In this document: positions 38,041 through 50,854 of the stretch, one piece after another
Layout of the letters: each line of letters begins with the position of its first letter
How positions within the stretch are numbered: the first letter of the stretch is position 1
Source: Callorhinchus milii
Lineage: Eukaryota
DNA: 64,000 bases
Reading direction: 5' to 3'
Assembly: GCF_018977255.1 (NCBI RefSeq)
Contig: NW_024704742.1
Span: 138,200,001-138,264,000, forward strand
Translations under genes and position numbers: made by a program
The notes under the pieces: generated by a model
What the model saw: only the letters and a program-made list of their open reading frames with translations
What the model was told of the DNA's origin: nothing
Databases searched by the model: none

Positions 38041-39260
38041 CTCTCTCTGTCTATTCTCACACTCTCTCTCCTTCTTTTTTCTCTAATCTCACACTCTCTC
38101 TCTCTCTCTTTCACTATATTCTCACTCTTTATTTTCACACCATCTCTCTCTCTATTCTCACTCTCTCTCTCTCTATTCTCACACTCTCTCTCTCTCTCTC
38201 TATATTCTCACACTCTCTCTCTCTCTCTATTCTCACACTCTATCTTTCTCTCTCTCTATTCTCACACTCTATCTCTCTGTTCTCACACTCTCTCTCTATT
38301 CTCACACTCTACCTTTCTCCCTCTCTCTCTCTATTCCCACACTATCTTTCTCTATCTCTCTATTCCCACACTCTCTATTCTCACACTTATCTCTCTCTCA
38401 ATTCTCACTCTATCTCTCGCTCTTTTTCTCTCTATTCTCACATTCTCTCTCTCTTTCTGTCTGCATATCTATTCTCACACTTTCGCTCTCTCCGCCGCCA
38501 AATCACTGCACTCCACTCCTCTCTCTATTCACACTCTCTCTATCCTCCCCCTCTCTATCTATTCTCACACTCACTCTCTCCTCTCTCTCTCTTTTCACAC
38601 ACTCTCTCTATCCTCTCTCGCTCTCTATTCTCACACTCACTCTCTCCTCTCTCTCTCTATTCACACACTCTCTCTCCTCTCTCTCTATTCTCACACTCAC
38701 TCTCTCTCTCTATTCTCACACTCACTCTCTCTATTCTCACACTCACTCACTCTCTCTCTCTCTCTCTCTTTTCACACACTCTCTCTATCCTCTCTCTCTC
38801 TCTATTCTCACACTCCCTCTCTCCTCTCTCTCTCTCTATTCACACACTCTCTCTCTCTCTCTCTATTCTCACACTCACTCTCTCTCTATTCTCACACTCA
38901 CTCTCTCTATCTATCTTCTCTCTCTCTCTCTCATTCTCACACTCACTCTCTCTATCGCTCTTATTCTCACACTCACTCTCCCTCTCTCTCTCTCTATTCA
39001 CACACTCTCTCTTCTCTCTCTATTCTCACACTCACTCTCTCTCTCTCTCTATTCTCACACTCACTCTCTCTCTATTCTCACACTCACTCTCTCTCTCTCT
39101 CTATTCACACTCACTCTCTCCTCTCTCTCTATTCACACACTCTCTCTCTCCTCTCTCTCTCTCTATTCTCACACTCACTCTCTCTCTCTCTCTATTCTCA
39201 CACTCACTCTCTCTCTCTATTCTCACTCTCTCTCTCTATTCTCACACTCACTCTCTCTGT
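38040..39260. repeat. (ctattctcacact(ct)n) simple repeat
   Basis: Read directly. Confidence 0.95.
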
Positions 39261-39289
39261 CCCGATATTTTTTCTGGATTCTTCCATCG

Positions 39290-39358
39290 AAGGGAAACCA
39301 CTGCGCGCGGAGCGGCCACGTCATCCCCTCCTACGTCATCACGCAAACAGCGTCACTG
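39290..39358. promoter_or_regulatory. Candidate promoter core with CRE/ATF half-sites
   Basis: tgcgcgcgg (NRF1-like), cacgtca, tacgtca and gcgtca in about 60 bp of unique CpG-rich sequence. Confidence 0.5.
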
Positions 39359-41310
39359 ACCCTCACTGTCTCCCTCACTGACCCTCACTGTCCCCCTCAC
39401 TGTCTCCCTCACTGACCCTCACTGTCTCCCTCACTGTCCCCCTCACTGACCCTCACTGTCTCCCTCACTGTCCCCTCACTGTCCCCCTCACTGTTCCCCT
39501 CACTGACCCTCACTGTCTCCCTCACTGACCCTCACTGTCCCCCTCACTGACCCTCACTGTCTCCCTCACTGTCCCCTCACTGTCCCCCTCACTGTTCCCC
39601 TCACTGACCCTCACTGTCTCCCTCACTGACCCTCACTGTCCCCCTCACTGACCCTCACTGTCTCCCTCACTGTCCCCCTCACTGTCCCCCTCACTGTTCC
39701 CCTCACTGACCCTCACTGTCTCCCTCACTGTCCCCTCACTGTCCCCTCACTGTTCCCTCTCACTGACCCTCACTGTCTCCCTCACTGACCCTCACTGTCC
39801 CCCTCACTGACCCTCACTGTCCCCTCACTGTCCCCTCCTCACTGTCCCCCTCACTGTCCCCCTCACTGTCCCCCTCACTGACCCTCACTGTCCCCGCTCA
39901 CTGACCCTCACTGTCTCCCTCACTGACCCTCACTGTCCCCCTCACTGACCCTCACTGTCCCCCTCACTGTCCCCCTCACTGTCCCCCTCACTGTCCCCCT
40001 CACTGTCCCCCTCACTGACCCTCACTGTCCCCCTCACTGACCCTCACTGTCTCCCTCACTGACCCTCACTGACCCTCACTGTCTCCCTCACTCACCCTCA
40101 CTGTCTCCCTCACTGACCCTCACTGTCCCCCTCACTGACCCTCACTGTCTCCTACTGTCTCCCTCACTGTCTCCCACTGTCTCCCTCACTCACCCTCACT
40201 GTCTCCCTCACTGACCCTCACTGTCTCCCTCACTGACCCTCACTGTCTCCCTCACTGACCCCCTCACTGACCCTCACTGTGCCCCTCACTGACCCTCACT
40301 GTCCCCCTCACTGTCCCCCTCACTGACCCTCACTGTCTCCCTCACTCACCCTCACTGTCTCCCTCACTGACCCTCACTGTCTCCCTCACTGACCCTCACT
40401 GTCTCCCTCACTGACCCTCACTGTCTCCCTCACTGACCCTCACTGTCTCCCTCACTGACCCTCACTGTCTCCCTCACTGACCCTCACTGTCCCCCTCCTG
40501 ACCCTCACTGTCCCACTCACTGTCCTCACTGTCCCCCTCACTGGCCCTCATTGTCCTCCTCACTGACCCTCACTGTCCCCCTCCTGACCCTCACTGTCCT
40601 CCTCACTGTCCCACTCACTGTCCTCACTGGCCCTCATTGTCCTCCTCACTGGCACTCACTGTCCCTCACTAACCTCCTCACTGTCCTTCACTGACCTCCT
40701 CACTGACCCCCTCAGACCCTCACTGACCCTCACTGTCCTCCTCAGACCGTCACTGTCCCTCACTGACCAACTCACTGACCCTTACTGTCCTCACTGTCCC
40801 TCACTGTCCTCCTCACTGTCCTTCACTGACACTCACTGTCCCTCACTGACCCTCACTGTCCTCCTCACTGTCAGGAGGACATCCCAAAGCGCTTCACAGA
40901 ACACACTCAATGTCCCACAAACAGTCGTAGATGGAAAATGTCCTTACTGTCCCTTACTGACACTCACTGTCCTCCTCACTGTCCCTTATTGACCCTCACT
41001 GTCCTCCTCACTGACCCCAGTGTCCCTCACTGAACTCACTGTCCCTCACTAACGTCCTCACTAACCTCCTCACAGACTCTCACTGCCCCTCACTATCCCT
41101 CACTGTCCCCCACGGATCTGTTTACTGTCCCTCACTGACCTCCACACTGTCCTCATTGACCTCCTCACTGACCTCTTCACTGACCCTCACTATCACTCAC
41201 TGACCTCCTCTCTGTCCCTCACTGACCTCCTCACTGTCCTTCTCATTGACCTCCTCATTGATCTCCTCACTGACCTCCTCACTTACCTTCTTATTGACCC
41301 TCATTGTCCG
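39352..41310. repeat. 10-12-bp minisatellite (cctcactgac / cctcactgtctc)
   Basis: Homogeneous at the left end and decaying to the right; contains an internally deleted SINE piece at about 40870-40940. Confidence 0.95.
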
Positions 41311-43134
41311 GACTTTAATAATAATAATACAACAAGATTACTTTTGTATAGCCGAGCTGAGGTCAGGGGGGAGAAGGGAGGGGAAGGGGGTGGCCGATGG
41401 CATGGTCGAAGAGGAGGGTCTTGAGGTGGGACTTGAAGGAGGCTAAGGAGGGGGCGAGGCGGAGTGATTATTATTATGATATATAATAATTCATAATATC
41501 ACAATCATAATCTTGTTGGGATACGGCAACTTATCACATCATTTGGAGGCCTCAAACGACTTATAATAATCATAATCCTTGCATTTGTTATAGCGCCTCA
41601 TCACGTCATCGAGACGTCCCTCACTGACCCTCGAGGGCTGGGGTGATGGGGTACGGAGTTTAGTGTGTGTGATAGGGAGCCAGTGGAGCCTGGCGAGGAC
41701 TAGGGTAATTGGGGTACCGTGTACTCTCACTAACTGTTCTTCCCCCTCTCCCTGACCGTCAGGCTATCCTCCAGGGACTTTTTTGTGTCAATCACTTCAG
41801 GAAATTGGCCTTGGCTTGGCTGTCAGATTTCAGTAGTGTACCGCAGTGTAATATCCTTCAATTCATCCATGCATCACCATCGCTGCCTTATTTGGTCCTG
41901 GGTTGAGCACAGATTATTGGCAAGACGCCACTTTCAGGAACACAAGTGACGATGGCTTTGTGGCTCTGGGATCCCGGACTTTAATAGTAATAATATCATA
42001 ATCCCACATAATACACAATCATAACCTTGTTGAGATACACAACAACAAGATTACATTTGTATAGCGCCTTTCATGTCCGGAGGACATCCGGTGACTTATC
42101 ACATCATTTAGAGCCTTGAACAATTTATAATAAATAATAATCCTTGCACTTGATATGGCGCCTCGAGACATCTCAAAGCGCTTCACAAATATATTGTAAA
42201 GTGCAGTGACTGTGTTCAGTTTGTGGGTGAACGAGTCAGCCATCTTCTACTCAGCAAAATGCCAGAAATAGCCATGGAGTGAGTGACCATCTTATTGGGG
42301 GATTGTGTAAACTGTAGCGGCAACGCTGAATTGATACACACACAGATCTCAACACCGTTTTGGTAGTATAAGTTCAATCAAAATAACTGGTGTTAGAATT
42401 TACACTTTTTGTATAATGTTAGAATCATAATAGATGTTGCGAACGGGTTAACTTTTAAGTTCAGTGTGTTGTGGGCAGCTGGACTGAAACTCAGGAGTTT
42501 ACACCCAGGATCACGCGAGTGTCTCAAGGACAAGATGTGTATTACTGTCCTGCACTTACACAAGATAACGGACTGTCTCAAGGACAGTGTGTTTGTGTGT
42601 GTGGAGCACGTACACCCCATGAGATTTCACGTGAACCCAGCATGATTTGGCCAGGTGCCTAATGTCTCCACCATAATTGAATGGACACAAGCTTAAGACA
42701 CCGTGCCAGACCAAGATCGCGCGCCCAGGACAGTACCTACCGTGGGTGGAAGACTCAGAGCGAGAAGACAGAAGTAGATGACCACGAGGAGGGATTACGC
42801 CGGTAGTATCGTTCTGTTAGTGAATCTATTGATTGTGCTCACTTGCCCACGCCCATCGGGAACTTGGACGATCCTGGAGTTTAATAACACTACTCTGGTT
42901 GCAAACAGTGGTTGTGTTTGATTGGAACTCGAAAAGAAGATTTTATTTTCTAACACTGGGTTAGTGATTGGTTTATACCTTAAGGGTTAAATGACATTAG
43001 ACTTTAAACTAAATAGATCACATACAGTCCCAGATCACATATGGTCGCGTACTATCCGATACGGGCTCGATAAATCATAAGTTTGGATCACATAATATCA
43101 AAGTTTTAAGGGAAGAGGGCGCGTTATGCATGGA

Positions 43135-44700
43135 TGTGTGGATGTGCGAAATATCCTACTGGTACCAGCAGTCAATCACCACGGTTGGTAGGAAGACGCT
43201 TGCTGGGAAGGGGCTGGGTCAGCGGTCAAATTTGACTGGTCTCTGGAGTCTTGACAAGGCTTCCTTTTCTCTTTCTCTCACTCTCTCGCTTGGCTGCCCG
43301 TCTCCCTCTGGTGTGTCTGTGCTATTCTGCCTTAGCCGATCTTTCCCTGAAGTCTGCAGTCCGGAGTTCTCCAGTGATCAGCGTGATCGACTGGAAGAGC
43401 TGCCGGTTTGCTGGTCCCTGAGTTTTGACTCAGAGTCTGTGTGGTTCTCGCTCCTTCAGCCCTCCTGCTCGTCCTCCGAGGAGTCGTTCTCAATCTTGAG
43501 TTTCTGTGGTTTTGGTTGGAGAGGTCAGCCCTTCGCAAGGGTGACCACAGAGCCTCCTCCTCTGTTCTCTCCCCAATCAGTGACACTTCACTCAGTTTCT
43601 ATAAGTACTGACTTTACAGTCACATCCTCACTTTTGACCGTTACCTTCCTTCAGATCTGCTCACGAACTAGTCAGCAGTCCCAACAACATGGTCTTTATT
43701 GTATTGGTACCCCTCAGTGATGAGTTCTTCCACATTCCTTTGCCCCTTGTGAGTCTTCTCCTGACTCCTAATTCCTCCTCCCAGTCTCCCTGTCCTGGCC
43801 TTGAAACTGTTTGCTGACATGTTTCTTTGTTCTGGAAAATATAACTTGGTCTAACGTCTCTGATAGCTCTAAACCAGTGTGTACCGGCCTGCTGACCACT
43901 AGGTTCCATTTACTGCTGACCAGGGGTTTTATAGGTCATTCAATTGCCTATTCTCCTTATTAATAATAATAATAATCCTTGCATTTGATATAGTGCTTTT
44001 CACGTCTTCTCAACATCTCAAAGCGCTTCACAGAATAGAATGTAAAGTGAATTGACTGTATATTTGTGGGCGAAACGCAGCGCCAATTGCACACAGTAGT
44101 GTCCCACAACAGTCATGGATTGAAAATGACCAATTTATTATTGTTTTTTGTTTTGGAGGGATTGGAGTAAGCTGGTTCATCAGATTCGAATCTTTCTTGA
44201 GAGCATTGCACAGAGATGGCTTCAGTAGCCACCACAGTTGAAGCTCACTGACCGATTGCTTCTGCCTCCCACCAACCGTTGGTTCTTCTTCCCTGGCAGG
44301 AGGTCCTTCTTCCAAGGGTGGAGGACTTCTGTGAGGTCTGTCCGAGGGAAGGCCTGCAACAGCCGAGCTTTCATCTGTTCCCTTTCCAACATGGCAGACC
44401 TGAAGCATTCTACGTTGAGCTCCTTGCGGAGCTGTGTTGCTGATTTTCCCATTGTTCTGCGAAGTGTGGGGTGTTTGGTCCGGGCAGCTGCTGAAGGCCT
44501 CTCAATTGGTTTGGATGACCATCAACTTCAGTAGACCATAAAATTCATGTGACAACTGCAAAGGTATTGCGGGAAGGTTGCCTTTCAGATGTAATACCAG
44601 GCCATGTCATTGTGAGGCAGTCTTTCCACTCCTGCAGCCAGGGTGATGGTCACATCAGGGCAAGAATATCTGCTTTGGGCAAATTAGAATAGTCCTCTTG
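43135..44700 (-). pseudogene. Degenerate coding remnant, possibly retroelement gag/ORF1
   Basis: The minus strand reads K/E/S-rich peptides broken by stops (PQKLKIENDSSEDEQEG*RSENHTDSESK) and SFNCGGY*SHLC, which resembles a zinc knuckle. A SINE is inserted at 43960-44163. Confidence 0.3.
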
Positions 44701-45334
44701 TAATATCTGTTATGAACAACAGGGATACATTACCCATAATTATATGAATCAACGCTTATAGTCATGATCATACATAATAATCATCCATAGCTAATCATTA
44801 TTTACAGTCCCACCTTGAGGGGGAAAGGCTTAACCTTGACCCTCACCTCCGAATTAAATATATTAGGTCCGCCTGGGTTGCTCATTGTTGTAGCTCATGA
44901 ACTGGTCGGCAGGCCCACCACACTGACCCGATCAGCACTACCATCACTATCATTTGGACAATCGTGAACACTTGTGACATCAAGTGCATGAAGGGGTGTT
45001 GATGCAGCAGGTGTCACGATGATCCAGATTGTAATGGTACCACGTTCTCATCCTTGGTTCTGCTTCTATAAGGATCAGCAGATTATGTGTTACTTATACA
45101 GTTTCAGCTGATTAATGTGATGCCATCTCGTGTGCTTCCTCCTTTTTATATTGTATTGTAGTAAATATACAGAGGGGCTGGCTTTATCTACTATGGGAAA
45201 GCGGCCTCTATATCGGCTTCAAAAGGATGACTTTTCTTCCCGAAGTCCATAACCATAACCAAGTCTCCCACATCTATTCAGTCGCTATGACTTTTTTGTC
45301 AAAGCAGCGTTTCATTGCTGTACAATAAAGATTC

Positions 45335-45823
45335 AGGAGAAATCGAGAAGATACAGAGGAGGGCAACCAAATGATTGAGGGAATGGAGGACTGGACTATG
45401 AGGAGCGACTCAGTAAGTTGGGTGTGTTCACACTGGGAAGAGCAGATTGAGAGGCGACACGATTGCTGTCTAAGATTCTAAAGGGGCCAAACAATCTGGA
45501 TCATGACTGTCTGTTTCAACTTGTCCAGAATAGTAATACCAGAGGCCACGGCCTGCGATTGAAGGGGGAATTCAGAACAAATCTATGCAAACACTATTTC
45601 AATGAGCGAATAGGGAACCTGTGGAACAGGCTCCCGAGGGAGACGGCTGAAGCAGCAAATGTTGATTCTTTCAAACACAAACAAAGATGGTTTTCTTTTA
45701 GGAAATAACATGATGGGATATAGTACATAGGGAGCTCAGGACATATGTGCAGCGACCACCGGGAAGGTGGAAGGCAAACTAGAATGACCTTGGTCTTTTT
45801 TCGTCTAACATTTCTTATGTTCT
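45335..45823 (+). mobile_element. CR1 3' end
   Basis: EKIQRRATK, NTRGHGLRLKGEFRTNLCKHYFNERIGNLWNRLP. Confidence 0.9.
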
Positions 45824-45889
45824 AATAATCCACGACTGTTTGTGGACACTGCTGTGTGCAATTGGCTACCGCGTTTTAATAATCCTTGT

Positions 45890-46924
45890 AATAATAATAA
45901 TAATCTTTGCATTTAATATAGCGTTTTTTCACGTCTTCTCGACGTCTCAAAGCGCTTCACAGAATAGACTGTAAAGTGAATTGACTGTGTGGAGTAAGGA
46001 AACTTGCCCAAGGTTTCGCCCTCTGCCTGGAATTGAACTCAGGTCTCTCACTTGTAAGGCGAGTGCTCTAACCACTGAGCTACAGGACTCCACAAAATCC
46101 TTGCATCTGATATAGTTTTGAGACGTCTCAAAGCGCTTCACAGAATATACTGTGAAGTGAATTTACTGTATATTTGTGGGCGAAACGCAGCAGCCAATTG
46201 CGCACAGCAGCGTCCCACAAACAGTCGTGGAATGAGTGACCCCTTTTTTTTTAAGGTACGATTATCCCCAGAAAGCAATCTGCCAATCAACTAACAAGTG
46301 GGTTTCTATTTATTGCTGGGTAATCAGAGGCATGTGGAGTGAAGAATTTTTCCACAGTTTTCCCCTGGCCGGGAATCAAACCCAGGTCATCTTTCTTACG
46401 AGGCGAGTGCTCTAACCACTGAGCTACAGGAGTCCGAGCTGAATGTGGCAGCAAATTTCCTCACAGGAACGTCCTGCAAACAGCCATGAGATGAGTGATT
46501 TTATCTGGGGAATTGTTGGCCTGGACACCGGGAAAGAAAGAGAAACTCCCTTCTCTTCTTTAACGTCCACCCAAACAGGCACAGACAAAACCTTGGTTCA
46601 ACATCTGAATAATAATAAAATAATCCTTGCATTTGATATAGCGCTTTTCACGTCGGGAGGACGTCCCAAAGCGCTTCACAGAACACACTGTAAAGTGAAT
46701 TGACTATATTTGTGGGCGAACGCGGCAGCCAATTGCGCACAGCAATGTCCCACAAACAGTCGTGGATTGAAAATGACCAATTTATTATTGTTTTTGGAGG
46801 GATTATTATTAGGCTCTGTGTGGAGTAAGGAAACTTGCCCAAGGTTTCGCCCTCTGCCTGGAATTGAACTCAGGTCTCTCACTTGCAAAGCGAGTGCTCT
46901 AACCACTGAGCTACAGGACTCCAC
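45890..46924 (-). mobile_element. Three tandem SINE copies, the last (46608-46924) young and full length
   Basis: Repeated head and tail motifs. Confidence 0.85.
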
Positions 46925-47104
46925 AAACGGAACGGAAGGACGATGTCTCCGACAATGTGGCACTCTCTCTCTCTCTCCCACAGCACTGCACTGGGAGCAT
47001 CAGCCTGGGCTGTGAGCTCAAGTCTCCGACACATTTATTCCCTTAGTACCTACATAGTCTCAAAGCTCTTCACAGGATGTACCCTAAAGTGAAACACAAA
47101 AAAT

Positions 47105-48310
47105 ACGACCTAACTCTGATTACCCGCCCTCTCCCCATATCCCCTAATCCCTCTGTTTTTCAAGAATCTATCAGTCTCAGCCTTGAAGATGTTCAAGGAC
47201 TGACATCTACAGCCTTCTGGGGGAGTGAATTCCATAAAGTCACTGCCTTCTGAGTGAAGAAATGTTTCCTCAACTCTGTTCTAAAAGGCTGACCCTAATT
47301 TCAGACTGTGACCCCTGGTTATAGATTCTCTCCCGGGGAAACAGACCCTCTGTGTCTACTTTATCAGCCTTTAAGATCTTATATGTTTCAATAAGATCTC
47401 CCCTAATTCTTCTGTACTCTATAGAGAATACAGCCCCAGTTTATTCAGCCTCTCCTCATAGGTCAGTCCCCTCATCCCAGGAACTAACCGAGTGAATCTA
47501 CGCTGCACCCCCTCGAGGGCAAGTATGTCCTTTTTTAAATAAGGACCAAAACTTGACACAATACTCTCGGTGCGGTCTCACCAAAGCCCTATACAGTTGC
47601 AGTCAGACTTCCCTACTCTTATATTCTAAACCTTTTGCAATGAACGCTAACTGCCGTTCGCCTTCTCAGTTGCTGCTGCACTGCAAACTAACTTTTTGAG
47701 ACCGGTGTACACGGACACCCAAATCCCTCTGAACACTAACACTATCTAATCTCTCCCCTCCAGAAATAATCTGTTTTTCTATTTTTTCTACCCGGGTGAA
47801 TAACCTCACACTTCCCCACATTAAATTCCATCTGCCACCTCCTCGCCCACTCCCCGAGGCTATCTATGTCCCGCTGCAATCTTTTTGCATCATCCTCAGA
47901 GCTCACTCTCCCACCGAGTTTAGTGTCATCTGCGAATTTAGATACGTTACATTCAATGTCCTCGTCCGGATCATTGATGTAAATTGTAAATAGCCGAGGC
48001 CCAAACACTGATCCTGTGGCACTCCTCTAGTCACCTCCTGCCAATTCGAGAATGACCCATTTATCTCTACTCTCTGTTTTCTACCCGTTGGCCACTCTTC
48101 AATCCATTCAATCCAATTCAATCCATTCAATCCAATTCAATCCAATAATATGTTCCCATTAATCCCGTGGGCCTGAACCTTATGCAATAGCCTTTTCTGT
48201 GGCACTTTGTCAAATGCCTTTTTGAAATCTAAATATACTACATCTACTGGTTCCCCCCATCTAACCTGCAGATACATCTTCAAAACATTAGATTAGTTAA
48301 ACACTTCCCT
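47105..48310 (-). mobile_element. CR1 LINE RT fragment
   Basis: GPRLFTIYIND...VSKFADDTKLGGRV...WQMEFNVGKCEVIH; GRKQRVEINGSFSNWQEVTRGVPQ. Confidence 0.92.
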
Positions 48311-49831
48311 TTTGCAAAGTATATCCAAGTATAAAGGTCTGTTCCCAGAGGAATAAGCTTGGTTCGAACCCCAGCTCTGCGTTGACGAGCTTTGCCCCGT
48401 TGGAACGTCACACAATGTTTCTCAAGGCTGATGAACTCCAGCTCACAGCAGGCAAGCAAAGGGAAAAACCTCAATGAGGAGAGTGACTGTGCAGCCTTCA
48501 GTGTGGGATTGCAGCGTGGTTTCAGATGCGGACGGAGAGCCTGGTCACAGAAGTCTCGACCATGTCATTAAGTCTTGTAGCATATTGGTTAGATCGCTCG
48601 CCTCGCAACTGAGAGGACCTGGGTTTGATTCCTGGGTAGGGCAAAACATTAAGCAAGTTTCCTTACTCTATACACAAGCCTCTGTTTAGGAGGAAAATGG
48701 TTGTCAGTTGATTGGCAGATCGATTTTCCAGTAGTAATCCCTTCAAAAAGAAAAAAAAAATAATAATTAGGTCACTAAATCCACGACGTTTTGTGGGACA
48801 CTGCTGTGTCACAATTGACTGCTGCGTTTCGCGCACAAATTACACAATCAATTCGCTTTTCAGTATATTCTGTGAGGCGCTTTGAGATGTGATAAGGCGC
48901 TATATAAATAATAATAATCCTTGCATTTGATATAGCACCTTATTACATCTTCAAGACGTCTCAAAGCGCTTCACAGAGTATACTGTAAAGTGGATTGACT
49001 GTGTATTTTGTGCGCGAACCGTGGCAGCCAATTGCGCACAGCAGCGTCCCACAAACAGTCGTGGAATAAGTGAGCAAATTATTATTTTTAACAATAATAA
49101 TCCTTGCATTTGATATAGCGCCTTATCACATCGTTGAGGCGTCTCAAAGTGATTCACAGGATATACCGGAAAGTGGATTGACTGTATTTAATTATATTTT
49201 GTGTATCTTGTGGATGAGAGAGTATTGAGAGAGTAAGGTGAGAGGAGGCAAAGAGGGTCGGCATGGGAGGAAGGGGATGACGGTTTGTCAGGAGGCTCCG
49301 GGAAGGAGGGAGGGTTGGGGAGGGAAGGGAGTGAGGCCAAGGGATTTTGTGAGTAACTGTAGATTGGTAACCGAGTCTGAGGATTCTCAGAAATCATTCC
49401 AACACAATTCAAGGGAAATGTTGCAAGACCTTGGTGCTAAAGGTCACTGAGTATCCACGACCGGCAGTCAGTTCAGTCCAGTAGTGTTTCTGTCCATCTA
49501 TCGAAGTCTATCGAATAGTCATCCAGCTCTCTTTCCCCTTTCCCCCCATTCCCTCCCCCTGCCACCCCCTCTCTGCCCCCAAGAGACAACAGCCGCTGAA
49601 CAGATGTGGAGAGAGATTATCTCCCCCAGAATAGCTGTGCTTGGAATGCGAGATCAGGAAATGTTGTTTCCCACAAACACAGATTAGACAGTATTCTTTT
49701 CAGAAATAACATTATGGGATTTAGTACCTAGATAGTTCAGGACATATGTGCATGCAACCACCAGGAAGGTGGAAGGTGAACTAGATGGACCTTGGTCTTT
49801 TTTCGTCCAGCATTTCTTATGTTCTCAAAAA

Positions 49832-49928
49832 GCCAAGTCGCTGGGAGCCCTCAGCAGGTCAGGCGGCATCTATGGAGAGAGGAAAGTGAGTCAACGTTTC
49901 GGGTCCATGACCCTTCGTCCGAACTGGG
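49832..49928 (-). mobile_element. Penelope-like terminal-repeat fragment with a hammerhead-like core
   Basis: Minus strand cggacga-a-gggtc-atg-gaccc-gaaac...ctccatagatgccgcctgacctgctgag; a second copy lies at 63061-63187. Confidence 0.6.
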
Positions 49929-50854
49929 GCACGCTGTGGGGGAGAGGCTTTTAAGAGCTAACAGAGAGGGGGGAGTCAGGGCAAGGAAGACAGAGGAGAA
50001 AATGGGGTAGAGGACGGGGGATGATGGGTTAAAGAGGTGTTAATGATGCAAAACAAAGGGGGATTGCAACAAAGCAGGCGAATAGAGGTGTTAATACTGC
50101 CGAACAAAGAGAAATTCCCTTCTCTTTTCCAATGGCGCCGCTGAGATCTTTTAAACATCCATCTGGACAGGCAGACGGGAGCCAGACTTGACATCTCTCT
50201 AACCAGCGGGAAATTTACTGACTGGAACTGGTTGACATCAGGACATTGGACTCATTTCCCAAAAGAGTCCAGTGCTGTGATGGGAAGAGGTTCAGTGGGG
50301 ATAATGGGAAGATGTGGTTAAATGGGTTAAAGTTCTTCTTCCTGCGAACCAATCATTGCGCTTGTCCTCTGTTTGTGAACGTTTCTGGATAAATGCAACT
50401 AGATGGGTTTCCTCTGGTCCCTCGTGTGTTTATTTATTGAATGTGAAAGTGCAAAAGTCAATGCTTGTCTGTTTAGTTTGGATGTCAAGTTACAACCTTG
50501 TACTCTGAGGGGATCTGTCTGTCTCTTTCTCGCTCTCTCTCTCTATATATGTATATACACTGTATATATCTTATATCTCTCTATATGTGTATATTTCGTC
50601 CACATTTCACCCACAAAACAGTATATTCAATCACTTCACTTTACAGTATATCCTATGAAGTGCTTTGAGACGTCTCAAAGACTTGATAAGGCGCTGTATC
50701 AAATGTGAGGATTATTATTATATACAGTATATATCTTATATATCTCTCTTTTACGTCTCTTCTCACTTGTACTTATTCTCTATGTCTGAGACGCTATCCT
50801 GTGTGAGGTTTGCGAAGTGAGTGCTCTCTCTCTCTTTAAAGAGAAACCTTGCAG

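Noticed and set aside
35128..39381. Very long ORFs (935, 566, 478, 475 aa)
   Set aside because: S/L/H/T translations of CT/CA microsatellite that simply lack stop codons.
43130..43720. 196-aa plus-strand ORF
   Set aside because: S/F/L-rich composition typical of the antisense of a K/E-rich decayed frame; no splice context.
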